DNA from: Acidobacteriota bacterium
GTDB lineage: Bacteria; Acidobacteriota; Blastocatellia; RBC074
Reading direction: 5' to 3'
DNA: 64,000 nt
NCBI GenBank assembly: GCA_018268995.1
Contig: JAFDVL010000102.1
Location: 21,696-85,695, forward strand
Under the pieces are notes generated by a model that saw nothing but the letters and a program-made list of their open reading frames with translations, did not search any database and was not told the DNA's origin. A program made the position numbers and the translations under genes. This document shows, piece after piece, positions 1 through 10,857 of the stretch (the first letter of the stretch is position 1; every line of letters starts with the position of its first letter).

Positions 1-392
1 ATCGGCAACCCGCCACCAACAATTGCATAGCCGCCATAAAATCGGCGTGCGGCATCGAAAAAGTGCATTGAGCCGCCGTGGCCTTTGCTGCACCCATTTG
101 CCTTACCGTACAGTTCCGCCATCAATGATCCCATTTCCATCCCGCGAGCTAACGCATGACCGTGTTCACGGTAGGTTGAAACAATCGCATCGTCAGCGGT
201 AAATGCTTGCATCGCCCCAACCGCCACGGCTTCTTCCCCAATGTACAAATGCAGGAACCCACGAATGTTGCCAAGGCTATACAATTCAGCAGCTTTCTCT
301 TCAAAGCGGCGAATGCGCATCATTTCGCGAAGCAATGCCAATGCGTGTTCGCGCTCAATTGCAGGCGGCGGACTGTTTTTGGTCGCGTTCAT
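1..392 (-). CDS. Pyruvate/acetoin dehydrogenase E1 component alpha subunit, N-terminal part; gene continues past the window start.
   Basis: Reverse-strand translation from the ATG at 392 reads [59 protein letters not shown]...[10 protein letters not shown]...GGSMHFFD. This N-terminus is typical of TPP-dependent E1α proteins (PdhA/AcoA). The frame stays open to position 1. Confidence 0.7.
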   Translation of the reverse strand, partial: MNATKNSPPPAIEREHALALLREMMRIRRFEEKAAELYSLGNIRGFLHLYIGEEAVAVGAMQAFTADDAIVSTYREHGHALARGMEMGSLMAELYGKANGCSKGHGGSMHFFDAARRFYGGYAIVGGGLP

Positions 393-2156
393 TTAACTTT
401 CCTCCAACGTTGAGGTATCGCCAATGGGCAAACCTAATTCCTGCGCTTTCAGTAAACGGCGCATGATCTTGCCGCTGCGTGTACGTGGTAATTTGTCGCG
501 GAACTCAATCTCTTTGGGTGCGACAACTGCCCCTAATCTTGCACGGGCAAAGCCGAGTAATTCCTTGCGCAACGCGTCAGAAGCTTCATAGCCCGACTTC
601 AAAGACACAAACGCCTTCACGATTTCCATTGCTGTCGGGTCTGGTTTGCCAATCACGCCTGCTTCCGCAACAGCAGGATGCTCCAGCAAAATACTTTCGA
701 CTTCAAAGGGGCCAATCAGATGCCCTGAAGTTTTGATGACATCATCCTTGCGCCCAACAAACCAGAAGTAACCATCCTTGTCTTGTCTGGCCAGATCGCC
801 AGTCAGATAGAACCCGTCGGCGAAACATTTCTGATACCGAGCCGGTTCGTTGAGGTATGCGCGAAACATGGAAGGCCACCCTGGTCGCAGAGCTAATTCG
901 CCCTGCACATCGGGCGTCGTGACAACCTCGATTTTTCCGGCGGGGTTCTTATTAACGATGGCGGCTTCGATACCGGGCAAAGGTTTGCCCATTGAGCCGG
1001 GGCGAATATCCATTGACGCAAAATTTGCGATCATGATGCCGCCCGTTTCTGTCTGCCACCAATTGTCGTGAAACGGCAGGCCATAGGTTTTATGGCTCCA
1101 GGCAACAGCCTCTGGATTGAGTGGTTCGCCAACACTGGCCAGGAATCGCAATTTGCTGAGATCATACTTTTTTGCCACCTCTGCCCCAGCTTTCATCAAC
1201 ATCCGAATTGCAGTGGGTGCGGTGTACCAGACGGTAACTTTTTGTTCCTGTAAGATGCGATACCAACGTTCTGCATCGAAGTCCGCCTCATCTACAATCA
1301 TCGTGACACCGTTCGTCAGTGGAGCAATGATGCCGTAGGAAGTGCCTGTCACCCATCCGGGGTCTGCCGTACACCAGAAGACGTCCGCCTCGTGCAAGTC
1401 CAATGCGTACTTGCCTGTGATGTGATGCGCAACGACTGCTCCATGAACGTGAACGGCTCCCTTCGGAGTACCCGTCGTACCGCTGGTAAAATGTAACAAT
1501 GCGATGTCTTCAGGGTCTGTGGGCTGGATGGTGAACTCTTCGTTAGACTCTCGCATCAATTGATGAAAATTCAATGTGCCAGGAATGCTGGTTAGCTCCT
1601 GCCCTGTGCCCAGCAAAAGCACATATTTCAAGGATGGAAGTGCATCGCGAATGGCAGCGACTTTGCGTTGGTACAATGTCTCTGTCGTCACCAGCACTTT
1701 TGCTTCACCAAGATTGATCCGAGCCTTGATCGGTTCCGGGCCAAAAGCCGAAAACAGCGGACAAAATACACTGCGATTTTTGAAGGTGCCAAGCGCGGTA
1801 AAATACAATTCCGGCACACGTCCGGTCAGGGCAAATACGCGATCCCCTTTGGCAATACCAAGGTTCTGCAAAACGTTGGCAAACCGATTTGTCAGTCTGT
1901 GGAGCTGTTGATAGGTAAATTCATGAACTTCGCCATTTTTCCCCAACCAACGCATGGCCAGTTTATTTGCAGTCGCACCCTGCGCGTGACGATCCACCGC
2001 TTCATGCGCGATATTCAGGCCTCCATCGTTGGGAAGCCCCTGCAATTCCCGTTGTGCCTGTTGCCACGTAAAGGTGGATCGCGTGAATTCGTAATCCAAC
2101 AAATTGGCTTGGGACTTGAACTGGCTGGGTGTCTTTTGGATTGTGGGCCAAGACAT
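393..2156 (-). CDS. acsA: Acetyl-CoA synthetase, short AMP-forming AcsA type.
   Basis: Part of the 672-aa ORF. I chose the internal ATG at 2154-2156 (MSWPTIQK...). The protein has the AMP-binding motif [10 protein letters not shown], the segment [12 protein letters not shown] and the Acs-characteristic WWQTETG. Its stop (393-395) abuts the start of the upstream E1α gene. Confidence 0.7.
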   Translation of the reverse strand: MSWPTIQKTPSQFKSQANLLDYEFTRSTFTWQQAQRELQGLPNDGGLNIAHEAVDRHAQGATANKLAMRWLGKNGEVHEFTYQQLHRLTNRFANVLQNLGIAKGDRVFALTGRVPELYFTALGTFKNRSVFCPLFSAFGPEPIKARINLGEAKVLVTTETLYQRKVAAIRDALPSLKYVLLLGTGQELTSIPGTLNFHQLMRESNEEFTIQPTDPEDIALLHFTSGTTGTPKGAVHVHGAVVAHHITGKYALDLHEADVFWCTADPGWVTGTSYGIIAPLTNGVTMIVDEADFDAERWYRILQEQKVTVWYTAPTAIRMLMKAGAEVAKKYDLSKLRFLASVGEPLNPEAVAWSHKTYGLPFHDNWWQTETGGIMIANFASMDIRPGSMGKPLPGIEAAIVNKNPAGKIEVVTTPDVQGELALRPGWPSMFRAYLNEPARYQKCFADGFYLTGDLARQDKDGYFWFVGRKDDVIKTSGHLIGPFEVESILLEHPAVAEAGVIGKPDPTAMEIVKAFVSLKSGYEASDALRKELLGFARARLGAVVAPKEIEFRDKLPRTRSGKIMRRLLKAQELGLPIGDTSTLEES

Positions 2157-2453
2157 ACAGATTACTCCTTTAGGCAAATAACAATTGCAAGCTTCAGGCC
2201 AGATGAAGATGAAACCGCCGGAGGGTACGCTGCACAGAAAAGAGCCCTGCTGATGCGGCTTTTCACGCAACAAGTGGGAAATCCTGCCCGTTTCGCCTGC
2301 CCAATTCTTCGCGGATGTCAGAGGTGTCATCATCAAAAAATGGATTTCATTGGAGCGAGACGAGAAACTGTTTTCAAATCTGATTCGATGAGGTAAAAAT
2401 ACTGTCTCCAATCACCCATCTGAAAACAATAACCATTTGCTGAAAGAGGAATT

Positions 2454-3764
2454 ATGACCGACTGGAATCGCAGACAATGGATTGCTACGGCAGCCGGCAT
2501 CACGGGATTAGCCAGCATCGAAAATATGGCGCTGGCCTTTGATGCAAATGCCTTTGGGCAAAAACGCAGCGGAACCCCGAAAGCCAATCGGCCCCGCAGC
2601 AAAATGAAAATTACAAAATTTATGGCAACGCTCGTTGCATCCCCTGATTTTGCGCTCTTAAATTCCTGGAATGTCCACGACACGCATTTCCTGCGTTCCA
2701 TCCTCGAAATCGAAACGGCGGATGGATACAAGGGCATTGCGGAAATCGGTGGTGGACAAATTAAAGAACTTGAGGCCGCCAGTCAGGTTGTGCTGGGGAA
2801 AGACCCGTTTGAAATCGAATACTTCCGCCGCAACATCAACAATATTCACGCGTTTGGTGCAGTCGAAACTGCTTGTCTCGACTTGATCGGCAAGGTCATC
2901 AATCGTCGTGTAGTGGATTTGCTGGGTGGTGCATACCGCGAAGCGCAGCCGTTTTCAGCCTACATTTTTTTCGTGATGCCAACACCCAATGGCCCGGACT
3001 ATTCAACGCCTGAATTGGCGGCAAAACAGTTCGTCGAATTCAATCAGAAGTATGGTTTCACTTCCTGCAAGTTCAAAGGCGGCGTGCTGCATCCCAACAA
3101 AGAGATTGAAGCACTGCAAATCATGCGCGAAAAAATGCCGAAGGCAAAACTGCGGATTGATCCAAATGCAGCCTGGAGCGTTGAGACTTCGGTGCGGGTG
3201 GCCAAGGCAATTGAGCCGTTAGATATGGAATATTACGAAGATCCGACACCAACGCTGGACGGAATGGCAGCCGTGCGCAAACAAACCAAAATCCCGCTGG
3301 CAACCAATATGGTCGTCACCCGGATGGAACATATCAAACCCGCCATTCAGAAAGGTTCGGTTGATATTGTCCTGCTTGACAATCATTACATGGGGGGGCT
3401 GAACAATGTGCGTTATTGGGCAGCAATTTGCGAGGCGATGGGCTGGGGGTGCTCCGGCCACAGCAACAATCATCTGGGGATTTCGATGGCAATCATGACG
3501 CACATGAACTGCGCGATTTCACGAGTGGAATATCACGCAGACACCCATTATCCCTGGACAACGCAAGACATCATCAAAGGCCCCATGCTGCAATTTAAAG
3601 ATGGGAAAATGGCCCTGCCGGATGCGCCGGGACTTGGCGTTGAAATTGACCCGGACAAATTCGCCGCCTTGCAGGAAAACGTAAAGAAATTCAGCAATCG
3701 GCACGATCTACTGAAAAAGTGGGACCCGAATTATCCCCTGAATAACCACATCATCCGTTGGTAA
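2454..3764 (+). CDS. gudD: Glucarate dehydratase-like enolase-superfamily enzyme with an N-terminal twin-arginine-like signal.
   Basis: The C-terminal half matches GudD (TNMVVT...HSNNHLGISMAIMTHM...DTHYPW...GLGVEIDPDK). The N-terminus NRRQWIATAAGITGLASI looks like a TAT signal. An AGAGGA RBS precedes the ATG at 2454. Confidence 0.75.
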   Translation: MTDWNRRQWIATAAGITGLASIENMALAFDANAFGQKRSGTPKANRPRSKMKITKFMATLVASPDFALLNSWNVHDTHFLRSILEIETADGYKGIAEIGGGQIKELEAASQVVLGKDPFEIEYFRRNINNIHAFGAVETACLDLIGKVINRRVVDLLGGAYREAQPFSAYIFFVMPTPNGPDYSTPELAAKQFVEFNQKYGFTSCKFKGGVLHPNKEIEALQIMREKMPKAKLRIDPNAAWSVETSVRVAKAIEPLDMEYYEDPTPTLDGMAAVRKQTKIPLATNMVVTRMEHIKPAIQKGSVDIVLLDNHYMGGLNNVRYWAAICEAMGWGCSGHSNNHLGISMAIMTHMNCAISRVEYHADTHYPWTTQDIIKGPMLQFKDGKMALPDAPGLGVEIDPDKFAALQENVKKFSNRHDLLKKWDPNYPLNNHIIRW

Positions 3765-3793
3765 GCCTTAAGTGTATTGACAGGTGTGGTGAC

Positions 3794-3851
3794 GCAAACA
3801 GGATGTTTGCGCTACAGGTTTGCAGATAATGTACAACAAACATCTTGTTTG
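3794..3851. repeat. Paired palindromic hairpin motif, copy 1 (gCAAACAGGATGTTTGc ... CAAACATCTTGTTTG).
   Basis: Motif A at 3794-3810 is a CAAACA-N3-TGTTTG palindrome. Motif B at 3837-3851 is its near reverse complement. The A-to-B offset is 41 nt. A second copy of the same arrangement lies at 25216-25272. Confidence 0.5.
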
Positions 3852-3904
3852 TTGCTCCACATCAGTCTTTCTAATCTTTGTTGTCATCACACCTAAAAGA
3901 TAAA

Positions 3905-3935
3905 GAGCCGAGAATTTCCCCCTCGGCTCTTTTCT
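3905..3935 (+). terminator. Candidate rho-independent terminator.
   Basis: The sequence GAGCCGAGAATTTCCCCCTCGGCTCTTTTCTC forms an 8-bp GC-rich stem followed by a T-run. It lies in the convergent gap between the gudD-like gene and the GMC oxidoreductase gene. Confidence 0.4.
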
Positions 3936-3958
3936 CTCTCCAACCTAAGTTTACGTGC

Positions 3959-5680
3959 TCAAATATTGCCCTTCTTGCTTTCTTCCACCAACCAGTCACA
4001 AGCACGAAGCGTAATTGCCATCATGGTTAGCGTTGGGTTCTGGCAACCTTGTGAAGTGAAGGCAGCACCATCCGTGACAAAGACATTTTTGACATCCCAC
4101 AACTGATTCCATTTGTTGAGCACTGATGTCTTCTTATCCGCCCCCATCCGAGCAGTTCCGGTTTCGTGAATACAGAAGCCTGGGGGGGCTGCTTCGGTAT
4201 TTTGCGAAGTTATCTTGAATCCCGCAGCAGTAACCATCTCACTGGTCGTTTCCAGCATGTCTTTAATCATCGCGCGTTCGTTGTCGCCGTGCTGCGCTTC
4301 GATGTGCAAAACGGGGATGCCCCACTTGTCAACTTTGGTAGGATGAATCGTCACGCGATTTTCAGCACGTGGCAGCATTTCGCCCCAGCAATTCAGCGAG
4401 AAGAATAATTCTTCGGGTGCTTCGCGCACTTGTTTTTTGAACTCAGCGCCAAAGCCCTGCGTGTTCTTCGCCCGTGCATAGCTGTAACCCATTCTGACTC
4501 CGCCTTGCATGCCGTACCCGCGAATAAAATTCGGATGCTTATCAAAAACGTTACGGAACTTCGGCACATAAATTCCGTTGGCGCGCCCATCAGAATAATC
4601 GTATTCCTGCCCTTTTAGCTGGGGAACAATCCCGCCAACTCCGATGGGAAAAGCATGATCCATCAAATAACGTCCAAGCACATCGTTTGAATTCCCAAGT
4701 CCATTTGGATGCTGGCGCGGTTTTGTGTTCAGCAAAATTCGGGTTGATTCCAGAGTGGAGGCACAAAGCACAACGACTTTGGCCAGGAACTCATAATCCT
4801 GTTTCGTTCGTTGATCAATCACGCGAACGCCCTTCGCCTTGCCCGTGTTGTTATCAATCAGGATTTCGCGCACGACAGAATGCGGACGTAAGGTCATCCG
4901 TCCGGTTTTCTGCGCAGCGGGCAAAGTCGAACCCGGACTGCTGTAGTATGAGGCCGTCGTACAACCGCGATCACAATGTCCGCACCAATGGCAGGCAGCG
5001 CGCCCCTGATGCCGCTGCGTCAGGATGGCTGCGCGTCCGATGATCACCTTGCGATTTTTGAAGTTGCGCTCCACTGCTTTTTTCAGCAAATGCTCACCAC
5101 AGGTCATTTTCATCGCAGGCAAAAATTTGCTATCCGGCAGTTGCGGCAGATTTTCGTAGGAACCACTGATGCCGACAAAGTCTTCGACCGCATCGTAGTA
5201 AGGCTCCAGCTCCTTGTAGCTAATTGGCCAGGGTTCACCAAATCCATCGCGCTCTGCGGCTTTGAATTCGTAATCCGAGAGGCGATAGGATTGCCGTCCC
5301 CAAGTCAGTGAACGTCCTCCCACCTGACGCCCACGAATCCACCAGAAAGGCTTGTCATCCGGCGTTGTGTAGGGATTATCAATGTCGTCCACGAACAAAT
5401 GCGCGCCATATTCGTTTGCCGCATAACAACGGCTTTGAATTGGCTGACGCGGTGCAAATTTGGAACCTGGGCCACCCGAAGCAAGCCCGCGATATTTCAT
5501 GTCATAGGGGAAAGAGTGCTCGGTAAAATCCTTCATTGGATCAATATCGCGCCCCGCTTCCAGGACAAGAACTTTCATTCCGCGCTGGGTTAAGGCCATC
5601 GCGGCATACCCGCCGGTTGCACCAGAACCAACGACAATCGCATCGTAGACTTGTTTTGCGGTATTTCTTGAATTTTGCAT
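3959..5680 (-). CDS. GMC family FAD-dependent oxidoreductase.
   Basis: FAD-binding N-terminus [19 protein letters not shown] and length around 570 aa. The start is taken at the internal ATG ([10 protein letters not shown]...) at 5678-5680. Confidence 0.8.
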   Translation of the reverse strand: MQNSRNTAKQVYDAIVVGSGATGGYAAMALTQRGMKVLVLEAGRDIDPMKDFTEHSFPYDMKYRGLASGGPGSKFAPRQPIQSRCYAANEYGAHLFVDDIDNPYTTPDDKPFWWIRGRQVGGRSLTWGRQSYRLSDYEFKAAERDGFGEPWPISYKELEPYYDAVEDFVGISGSYENLPQLPDSKFLPAMKMTCGEHLLKKAVERNFKNRKVIIGRAAILTQRHQGRAACHWCGHCDRGCTTASYYSSPGSTLPAAQKTGRMTLRPHSVVREILIDNNTGKAKGVRVIDQRTKQDYEFLAKVVVLCASTLESTRILLNTKPRQHPNGLGNSNDVLGRYLMDHAFPIGVGGIVPQLKGQEYDYSDGRANGIYVPKFRNVFDKHPNFIRGYGMQGGVRMGYSYARAKNTQGFGAEFKKQVREAPEELFFSLNCWGEMLPRAENRVTIHPTKVDKWGIPVLHIEAQHGDNERAMIKDMLETTSEMVTAAGFKITSQNTEAAPPGFCIHETGTARMGADKKTSVLNKWNQLWDVKNVFVTDGAAFTSQGCQNPTLTMMAITLRACDWLVEESKKGNI

Positions 5681-5823
5681 TGGATGCCTCTCAGTGATGG
5701 AGTTGATAAATTCGATGCGATGTAAATTATGCGCCGTGTCTGTTATTGTCAATCTGTCCGTTGCTTGAAGCACGACAAATCACAATGCTATAAAAGGTCG
5801 AACATTCATCCACGAGGTATTTT

Positions 5824-6156
5824 ATGTCTGATTTAGCAGCCAAAACCTGTGTTCCCTGCAAAGGTGGCGTGCCACCTTTGGGCAGCGCTGAAATCGCCAC
5901 GTTGCTTACCCAGCTTAATAATCAATGGGAAGTGATTGCTGAACATCACCTCCGCAAGGAATTCAAGTTACCGGATTTTCGCACTGCGCTCGCATTCACA
6001 AATCAGGTAGGCGAACTGGCAGAAGAACAAGGGCACCATCCAGATATTTATCTGGCCTGGGGCAAAGTCGAGATTACAATTTGGACACATAAAATTGACG
6101 GCCTGAACGAAAGTGATTTCATCCTTGCCGCAAAAATTGATCGCTTGCAAACATAG
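5824..6156 (+). CDS. phhB: Pterin-4a-carbinolamine dehydratase (PCD/DCoH).
   Basis: The 110-aa protein contains ...EEQGHHPDIYLAWGKVEITIWTHKIDGL..., the canonical PCD motif. Confidence 0.85.
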   Translation: MSDLAAKTCVPCKGGVPPLGSAEIATLLTQLNNQWEVIAEHHLRKEFKLPDFRTALAFTNQVGELAEEQGHHPDIYLAWGKVEITIWTHKIDGLNESDFILAAKIDRLQT

Positions 6157-6965
6157 TGCAATCCAGCCACTCCCCCAACGAAAAATTCACAGATAGATTT
6201 TTTGCGCGCCAGCCCTGGCTCGCGTACAGCATCCTTGGACTGAATGTCATTGTGTTTCTTGTGATGCTTAAGGCAAGCTTGCTACCGATTCGTTTGACCC
6301 TCATTGCTGGCAACGATCACGCCACACTGATCAATTTCGGGGCCAAATCCAATTTCTGGTTGCTACAGCAAAGACAGTGGTTCAGGTTGGTAACGCCCAT
6401 TTTCATTCACATCGGACTTTTGCATCTTGCTTCCAATTCATACGCCCTGTGGATTGTCGGCCCCATCGTCGAAAGACTCTATGGATCAGGGCGATTTGCC
6501 TTGCTGTATTTACTGACCGGAATTGCCGGAGTTGCAGGCAGCGTGTTGACCAGGGGAGATGTCCAATCCCCAGTGGCTGGGGCGTCAGGCGCGCTCTTTG
6601 GCCTGTTTGGAGCGTTGTTGATGGTGAGCTTTAAATACCGGCATGAACTTCCGACCACCTTTCGTCAGGCATTCCGAAAGGGGATACTCTTGGTTGTTGG
6701 ATTCAATTTTCTCTTCGGGTTGCTGAATAACACTGGGTGGTTGTTTGGAAATCGTTTCAGAGCGGTCATCCCTTTCATAGATTTATGGGGGCACGCCAGT
6801 GGGTTGCTTACAGGCGCGATTTTAGCGATGATCCTGCCTTATTTGCCACCAGAAAAAAATTCTCATTCCTGGCTGGACAAATTGATTTTGGTAATTTGTT
6901 TATTCATTGTGAGCTATTGTTTTTTACGCGCATATCAATTGCGCCCCTATTTCATCCAACGATAA
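6156..6965 (+). CDS. Rhomboid family intramembrane serine protease.
   Basis: Multi-TM protein with the GASGALFG serine motif and a downstream His in a TM helix (HASGLLTG). The GTG start overlaps the phhB stop (taGTG). Confidence 0.7.
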   Translation: MQSSHSPNEKFTDRFFARQPWLAYSILGLNVIVFLVMLKASLLPIRLTLIAGNDHATLINFGAKSNFWLLQQRQWFRLVTPIFIHIGLLHLASNSYALWIVGPIVERLYGSGRFALLYLLTGIAGVAGSVLTRGDVQSPVAGASGALFGLFGALLMVSFKYRHELPTTFRQAFRKGILLVVGFNFLFGLLNNTGWLFGNRFRAVIPFIDLWGHASGLLTGAILAMILPYLPPEKNSHSWLDKLILVICLFIVSYCFLRAYQLRPYFIQR

Positions 6966-6975
6966 AGGAGCATCT

Positions 6976-7866
6976 ATGGCAATCAGGAAAGTTGGCGTTC
7001 TCGGCGCGGGGCTGATGGGTTCTGGCATCGCACAGGTCGCAGCTGTGAGTGGTTATGAAGTCACCGTGCTTGAGGTCAACGAACAAGTTCTCAGCAAAGG
7101 CCTCAGCGGAATTGATAAATCACTGAGCAGGTTTGTCGAAAAAGGATCGCTCAGCGCAGAAGCCAAAGCCGCAACGATGGATCGGTTGAAAGGCACCACG
7201 AACATCCAAGACCTGGCTGATGCAGACATTATCATCGAAGCCATCATTGAGAACCTGAACATCAAACGAGAAACCTATGCCAGGCTGGATCAACTGTGCC
7301 CGGCGCGTACAATTTTCGCCTCAAATACGTCCTCTCTTTCGATCACCGAGATGATGACCGCCACCAGCCACGAACGCCAACGCCGTTTTGTGGGAATGCA
7401 CTTCTTTAATCCAGTGCCTCTGATGAAGTTGGTCGAAGTCGTTAGAACAATTGTGACGGACGAAGACGTATATGCAGAAGCAGTCGCACTCGGAACAGCG
7501 ATGGGCAAAACCGTCGTGCAAACCAGCGATAAAACGGGCTTCATCGTCAACCGATTGCTGGTGCCTTATATGCTGGATGCGATCCGGGTTTATGAAGAGG
7601 GTCTGGCATCTACCGTGGATATTGATAATGCAATGAAGCTGGGCTGTGGCTATCCGATGGGGCCGCTGACCTTGTCTGATTTTGTAGGGCTGGATACGAC
7701 ATTGTATATCTCCGAAATCATGTTCAATGAATTCAAGGAAAAACGTTTCGCTGCGCCGCCCTTATTGAAGCGAATGGTGCAAGCCGGATTATTAGGCCGC
7801 AAATCAGGACGCGGTTTTTATAATTACAGCGATCCGAAAAACCCGCAGCCAATTAAATTAGTATGA
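6976..7866 (+). CDS. hbd: 3-hydroxybutyryl-CoA / 3-hydroxyacyl-CoA dehydrogenase.
   Basis: The N-terminus KVGVLGAGLMGSGIAQV is a Rossmann fold, and the protein matches the 3HCDH family throughout (e.g., MKLVEV, GFIVNRLL). Confidence 0.85.
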   Translation: MAIRKVGVLGAGLMGSGIAQVAAVSGYEVTVLEVNEQVLSKGLSGIDKSLSRFVEKGSLSAEAKAATMDRLKGTTNIQDLADADIIIEAIIENLNIKRETYARLDQLCPARTIFASNTSSLSITEMMTATSHERQRRFVGMHFFNPVPLMKLVEVVRTIVTDEDVYAEAVALGTAMGKTVVQTSDKTGFIVNRLLVPYMLDAIRVYEEGLASTVDIDNAMKLGCGYPMGPLTLSDFVGLDTTLYISEIMFNEFKEKRFAAPPLLKRMVQAGLLGRKSGRGFYNYSDPKNPQPIKLV

Positions 7867-8840
7867 GCCTTGGCGTAATCCTTTTTAATCTCGGAGGGCC
7901 GGAAACATTAGCCGATGTGCAACCGTTTCTCTTTAATCTGTTCTCCGATCCTGAAATTATCCGTCTGCCAGCCCGTTTCATGCAGAAACCGTTGGCGTGG
8001 CTGATTTCTACCACAAGAGCCAAAAAATCTTCCGCCTATTATGCCCAAATTGGCGGCGGTTCGCCCTTGCGACGCATCACGGATGAACAGGCAAAGGCAT
8101 TGCAAGCCGAGTTAGGAAATCGCGGCATCGAGGCTAAAGTGTATGTGGGGATGCGCTATTGGCATCCCTTCACCAACGAAGCCATGCACCGCATCGAACG
8201 CGATGGCATCACGGAATTGATCGTGCTGCCGCTGTATCCTCAATATTCGGTTTCGACCACGGGTTCCAGTCTGAAAGAATTCATTGGACTACTCAAAGGA
8301 CAAACCAAATGGCGCAAGATTCGACGCCGCTACGTCACGCGCTGGTACAATCACGCGCCGTACATCAACACCCTGGCGGAGCAGATCAAAGCGGAAATTG
8401 CTCAATTCCCCGATCCCGATCCGCGCAAAGTGCATTTGCTTTTCAGTGCCCACAGCGTCCCGCAAAGTTATATTGAACGCGGCGATCCATATCTACGCCA
8501 CACGCAGGAAACGGTGCGTCTGGTTTCGGAGGCGCTTGGCAATGTCAGCCCCACCTCCTTGAGTTTTCAAAGCAAAGTTGGCCCGGTGAAATGGCTCGAA
8601 CCAGCGACAGATCAAAAGATTCGCGACCTGCGCTCATCGGGTGTCGAGCAACTGCTGATGATTCCGATCAGCTTTGTTTCGGAACATATTGAAACCTTGT
8701 ATGAACTAGACATTCTTTACAAAAAGTTGGCAGACGAGATTGGTGTGCCCCACTATCGCCGAGTGCCTGCCTTCAATACCGATGTGCGGTTTATCATGGC
8801 GCTGGCAGATTTGGTGAGCGAGAAAGTGAGCCGACAATGA
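7863..8840 (+). CDS. hemH: Ferrochelatase.
   Basis: The N-terminus GVILFNLGGPETLADVQPFLFNLFSDPEIIRLP is the ferrochelatase signature. The gene overlaps hbd by 4 nt. Confidence 0.9.
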   Translation: MSLGVILFNLGGPETLADVQPFLFNLFSDPEIIRLPARFMQKPLAWLISTTRAKKSSAYYAQIGGGSPLRRITDEQAKALQAELGNRGIEAKVYVGMRYWHPFTNEAMHRIERDGITELIVLPLYPQYSVSTTGSSLKEFIGLLKGQTKWRKIRRRYVTRWYNHAPYINTLAEQIKAEIAQFPDPDPRKVHLLFSAHSVPQSYIERGDPYLRHTQETVRLVSEALGNVSPTSLSFQSKVGPVKWLEPATDQKIRDLRSSGVEQLLMIPISFVSEHIETLYELDILYKKLADEIGVPHYRRVPAFNTDVRFIMALADLVSEKVSRQ

Positions 8841-9475
8841 AGAAATGGATTGTGATCGGATTGGTGATTGTTGTCCTGATTGGTCTTGGAGTCATTGCGA
8901 CCCCATTGTTCCTGTTTCGAGCCATGCACGTTCCCACGGGGGCAATGGCCAACACAATCATTCCGGGGGATGGGTTCTGGGCCAAACGATGGGTGGGCGA
9001 GATTAAGCGCGGAGACATTGTTATATTTGAACCCCCCTCGAATCGAAAGGTCTTATTCGTAATGCGTGTGATCGGGATGCCTGGGGAAAGCATTCAGTTT
9101 CGCGGAAAAAAAGTACTGATTGATGGTGAGGAATTGCCCGAAAGAAGGGCAATCATCGAACTCCCGACCGAGTCCGATCATGGCCTGCTGAAAGAGTCAT
9201 CGCATGAAGGCGAAGGGAAATACACGGCGCTTTACACGACAGAGAGTTGGAATGCGACTGATGGAGCAATCTATTCCGGCATGAAATTCGGAGTAGCCGC
9301 ACCGTTTCAAATCCCAAGCGGACATTATTTTGTGCTTGGTGATAGTCGTGACAACAGCATGGACAGTCGTTTTTGGGGGCCTGTTCCAGAAAATCAAATC
9401 AAGGCCAAACCGTACATCATTTATTCATCGAAAGAACCAAGTCACCTATTTGCCAAGCTTGAAATAAATCCATGA
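8837..9475 (+). CDS. lepB: Signal peptidase I.
   Basis: N-terminal TM helix plus the S26 motifs ...GDSRDNSMDSRFWGPV... (the catalytic Ser/Lys boxes were not all located). It overlaps the hemH stop. Confidence 0.85.
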   Translation: MKKWIVIGLVIVVLIGLGVIATPLFLFRAMHVPTGAMANTIIPGDGFWAKRWVGEIKRGDIVIFEPPSNRKVLFVMRVIGMPGESIQFRGKKVLIDGEELPERRAIIELPTESDHGLLKESSHEGEGKYTALYTTESWNATDGAIYSGMKFGVAAPFQIPSGHYFVLGDSRDNSMDSRFWGPVPENQIKAKPYIIYSSKEPSHLFAKLEINP

Positions 9476-10857
9476 ACTTCGACTCGATCATTATCGGCGC
9501 GGGAATCTCAGGCCTCAGCATTGCCTATTACCTGAAAAAAGCAGGGCAAAATATCTTATTGCTTGAGGCCAGCGAACGCGTTGGCGGGGTGATTCAATCG
9601 CTGGATGCCGATGGATTCCTGCTCGAACGCGGCCCAAACAGTTTGCGAGGAACACACGAGCTACTGGATTTAGTGGATGATTTGCAGTTGCAAGATGAAC
9701 TGGTCGCCGCGTATCCCAAAGCTCCGGCGTTTGTGTATTTTCAAAAATCGCTGCATCCGGTTCCGATGTCGCCGCCCGCACTCATCAAGACCAAGTTGCT
9801 TTCTACCAAAGCCAAGTTTCGACTGTTGCGTGAGCCATTCATAGCCGCGCGCAAGGGAACCAGTGAAGAGAGTTTGGATTCGTTTGTACGACGAAGATTA
9901 GGGGATGAGATTTTAGAACGATTCGTCGCGCCCTTTGTTTCCGGAGTATACGCGGGTGATCCCAAACAATTGAGCATTCAGGCCAGCTTCGCGCGGCTGG
10001 CAGAGTTTGAAATGCAAGCGGGCAGTATTTTGAAAGGCGCAATCAAAGCGGCTCGTGCGGCCAAGTCGAAACACGAGCCTCCGAAACGATCTTTGCGACC
10101 GTATCGGCTGTGTTCTTTTCAGAAGGGGCTAGAGACACTGCCGCAGGCAATGGCTAAATCGTTGGGCGAGAGCCTTGTCACTGGTGCCTGCAACATTGAG
10201 TTATCTCGAATTTCGGATTTTCAATTTCAGGTAAACTACGAACACCAAAACCAGCGAGAAACTGTTACGACCAGAACGCTGATCGTGGCTACCCCAGCGT
10301 CAGCGGCCTCACAAATGCTAGACAGGTTTGCGCCTGAAATCACGAAGCATTTGGCAGAGATTCATTCGACAAAACTCTGCGCTGTTCCGTTAGCCTATCG
10401 AATTGATCAACTTCCGCATCCGTTAGATGGCTTCGGCTTTCTTGCCCCACGCGACCAGGGCTTGCGCACGCTGGGCAGCATCTGGAATTCCTCGCTCTTT
10501 CCGCATCGCGCGCCAGAAGGATGGGTCGTGATGAACAACTTCATCGGTGGCGAAACTGACCGTGAAGCGATCAATCTGAGCGATGACGAATTGATCACAA
10601 TCGTACATCGTGACCTGCAAACTGTGCTGGGAATCAAGGGCGAACCAAAACGCCTACCAATCACCCGATGGCAACGCGCAATTCCACAATATAATCTAGG
10701 CCACGCAGCGCGCATCGCAGCGATTGAGAAGGAGTTGAGCCAGCACGAAGGGTTGTGGCTGACAGGAAATTATTTGCATGGTGTGGCCATTGGCGATTGC
10801 CTCAAACGCGGTAAGGATTTAACCGAGGAGATCGTGGAATGGATGTCCAAACATTAA
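9472..10857 (+). CDS. hemY: Protoporphyrinogen oxidase (HemY type, FAD-dependent).
   Basis: The N-terminus IIIGAGISGLSIAYYLKKAG is an FAD Rossmann fold with amine-oxidase-like architecture. The gene is co-operonic with hemH. Confidence 0.8.
   Translation: MNFDSIIIGAGISGLSIAYYLKKAGQNILLLEASERVGGVIQSLDADGFLLERGPNSLRGTHELLDLVDDLQLQDELVAAYPKAPAFVYFQKSLHPVPMSPPALIKTKLLSTKAKFRLLREPFIAARKGTSEESLDSFVRRRLGDEILERFVAPFVSGVYAGDPKQLSIQASFARLAEFEMQAGSILKGAIKAARAAKSKHEPPKRSLRPYRLCSFQKGLETLPQAMAKSLGESLVTGACNIELSRISDFQFQVNYEHQNQRETVTTRTLIVATPASAASQMLDRFAPEITKHLAEIHSTKLCAVPLAYRIDQLPHPLDGFGFLAPRDQGLRTLGSIWNSSLFPHRAPEGWVVMNNFIGGETDREAINLSDDELITIVHRDLQTVLGIKGEPKRLPITRWQRAIPQYNLGHAARIAAIEKELSQHEGLWLTGNYLHGVAIGDCLKRGKDLTEEIVEWMSKH

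Noticed and set aside
1668-2396. 242-aa plus-strand ORF overlapping acsA.
   Set aside because: It is entirely antisense to a well-supported acetyl-CoA synthetase gene. Its composition is Cys/Arg-rich nonsense.
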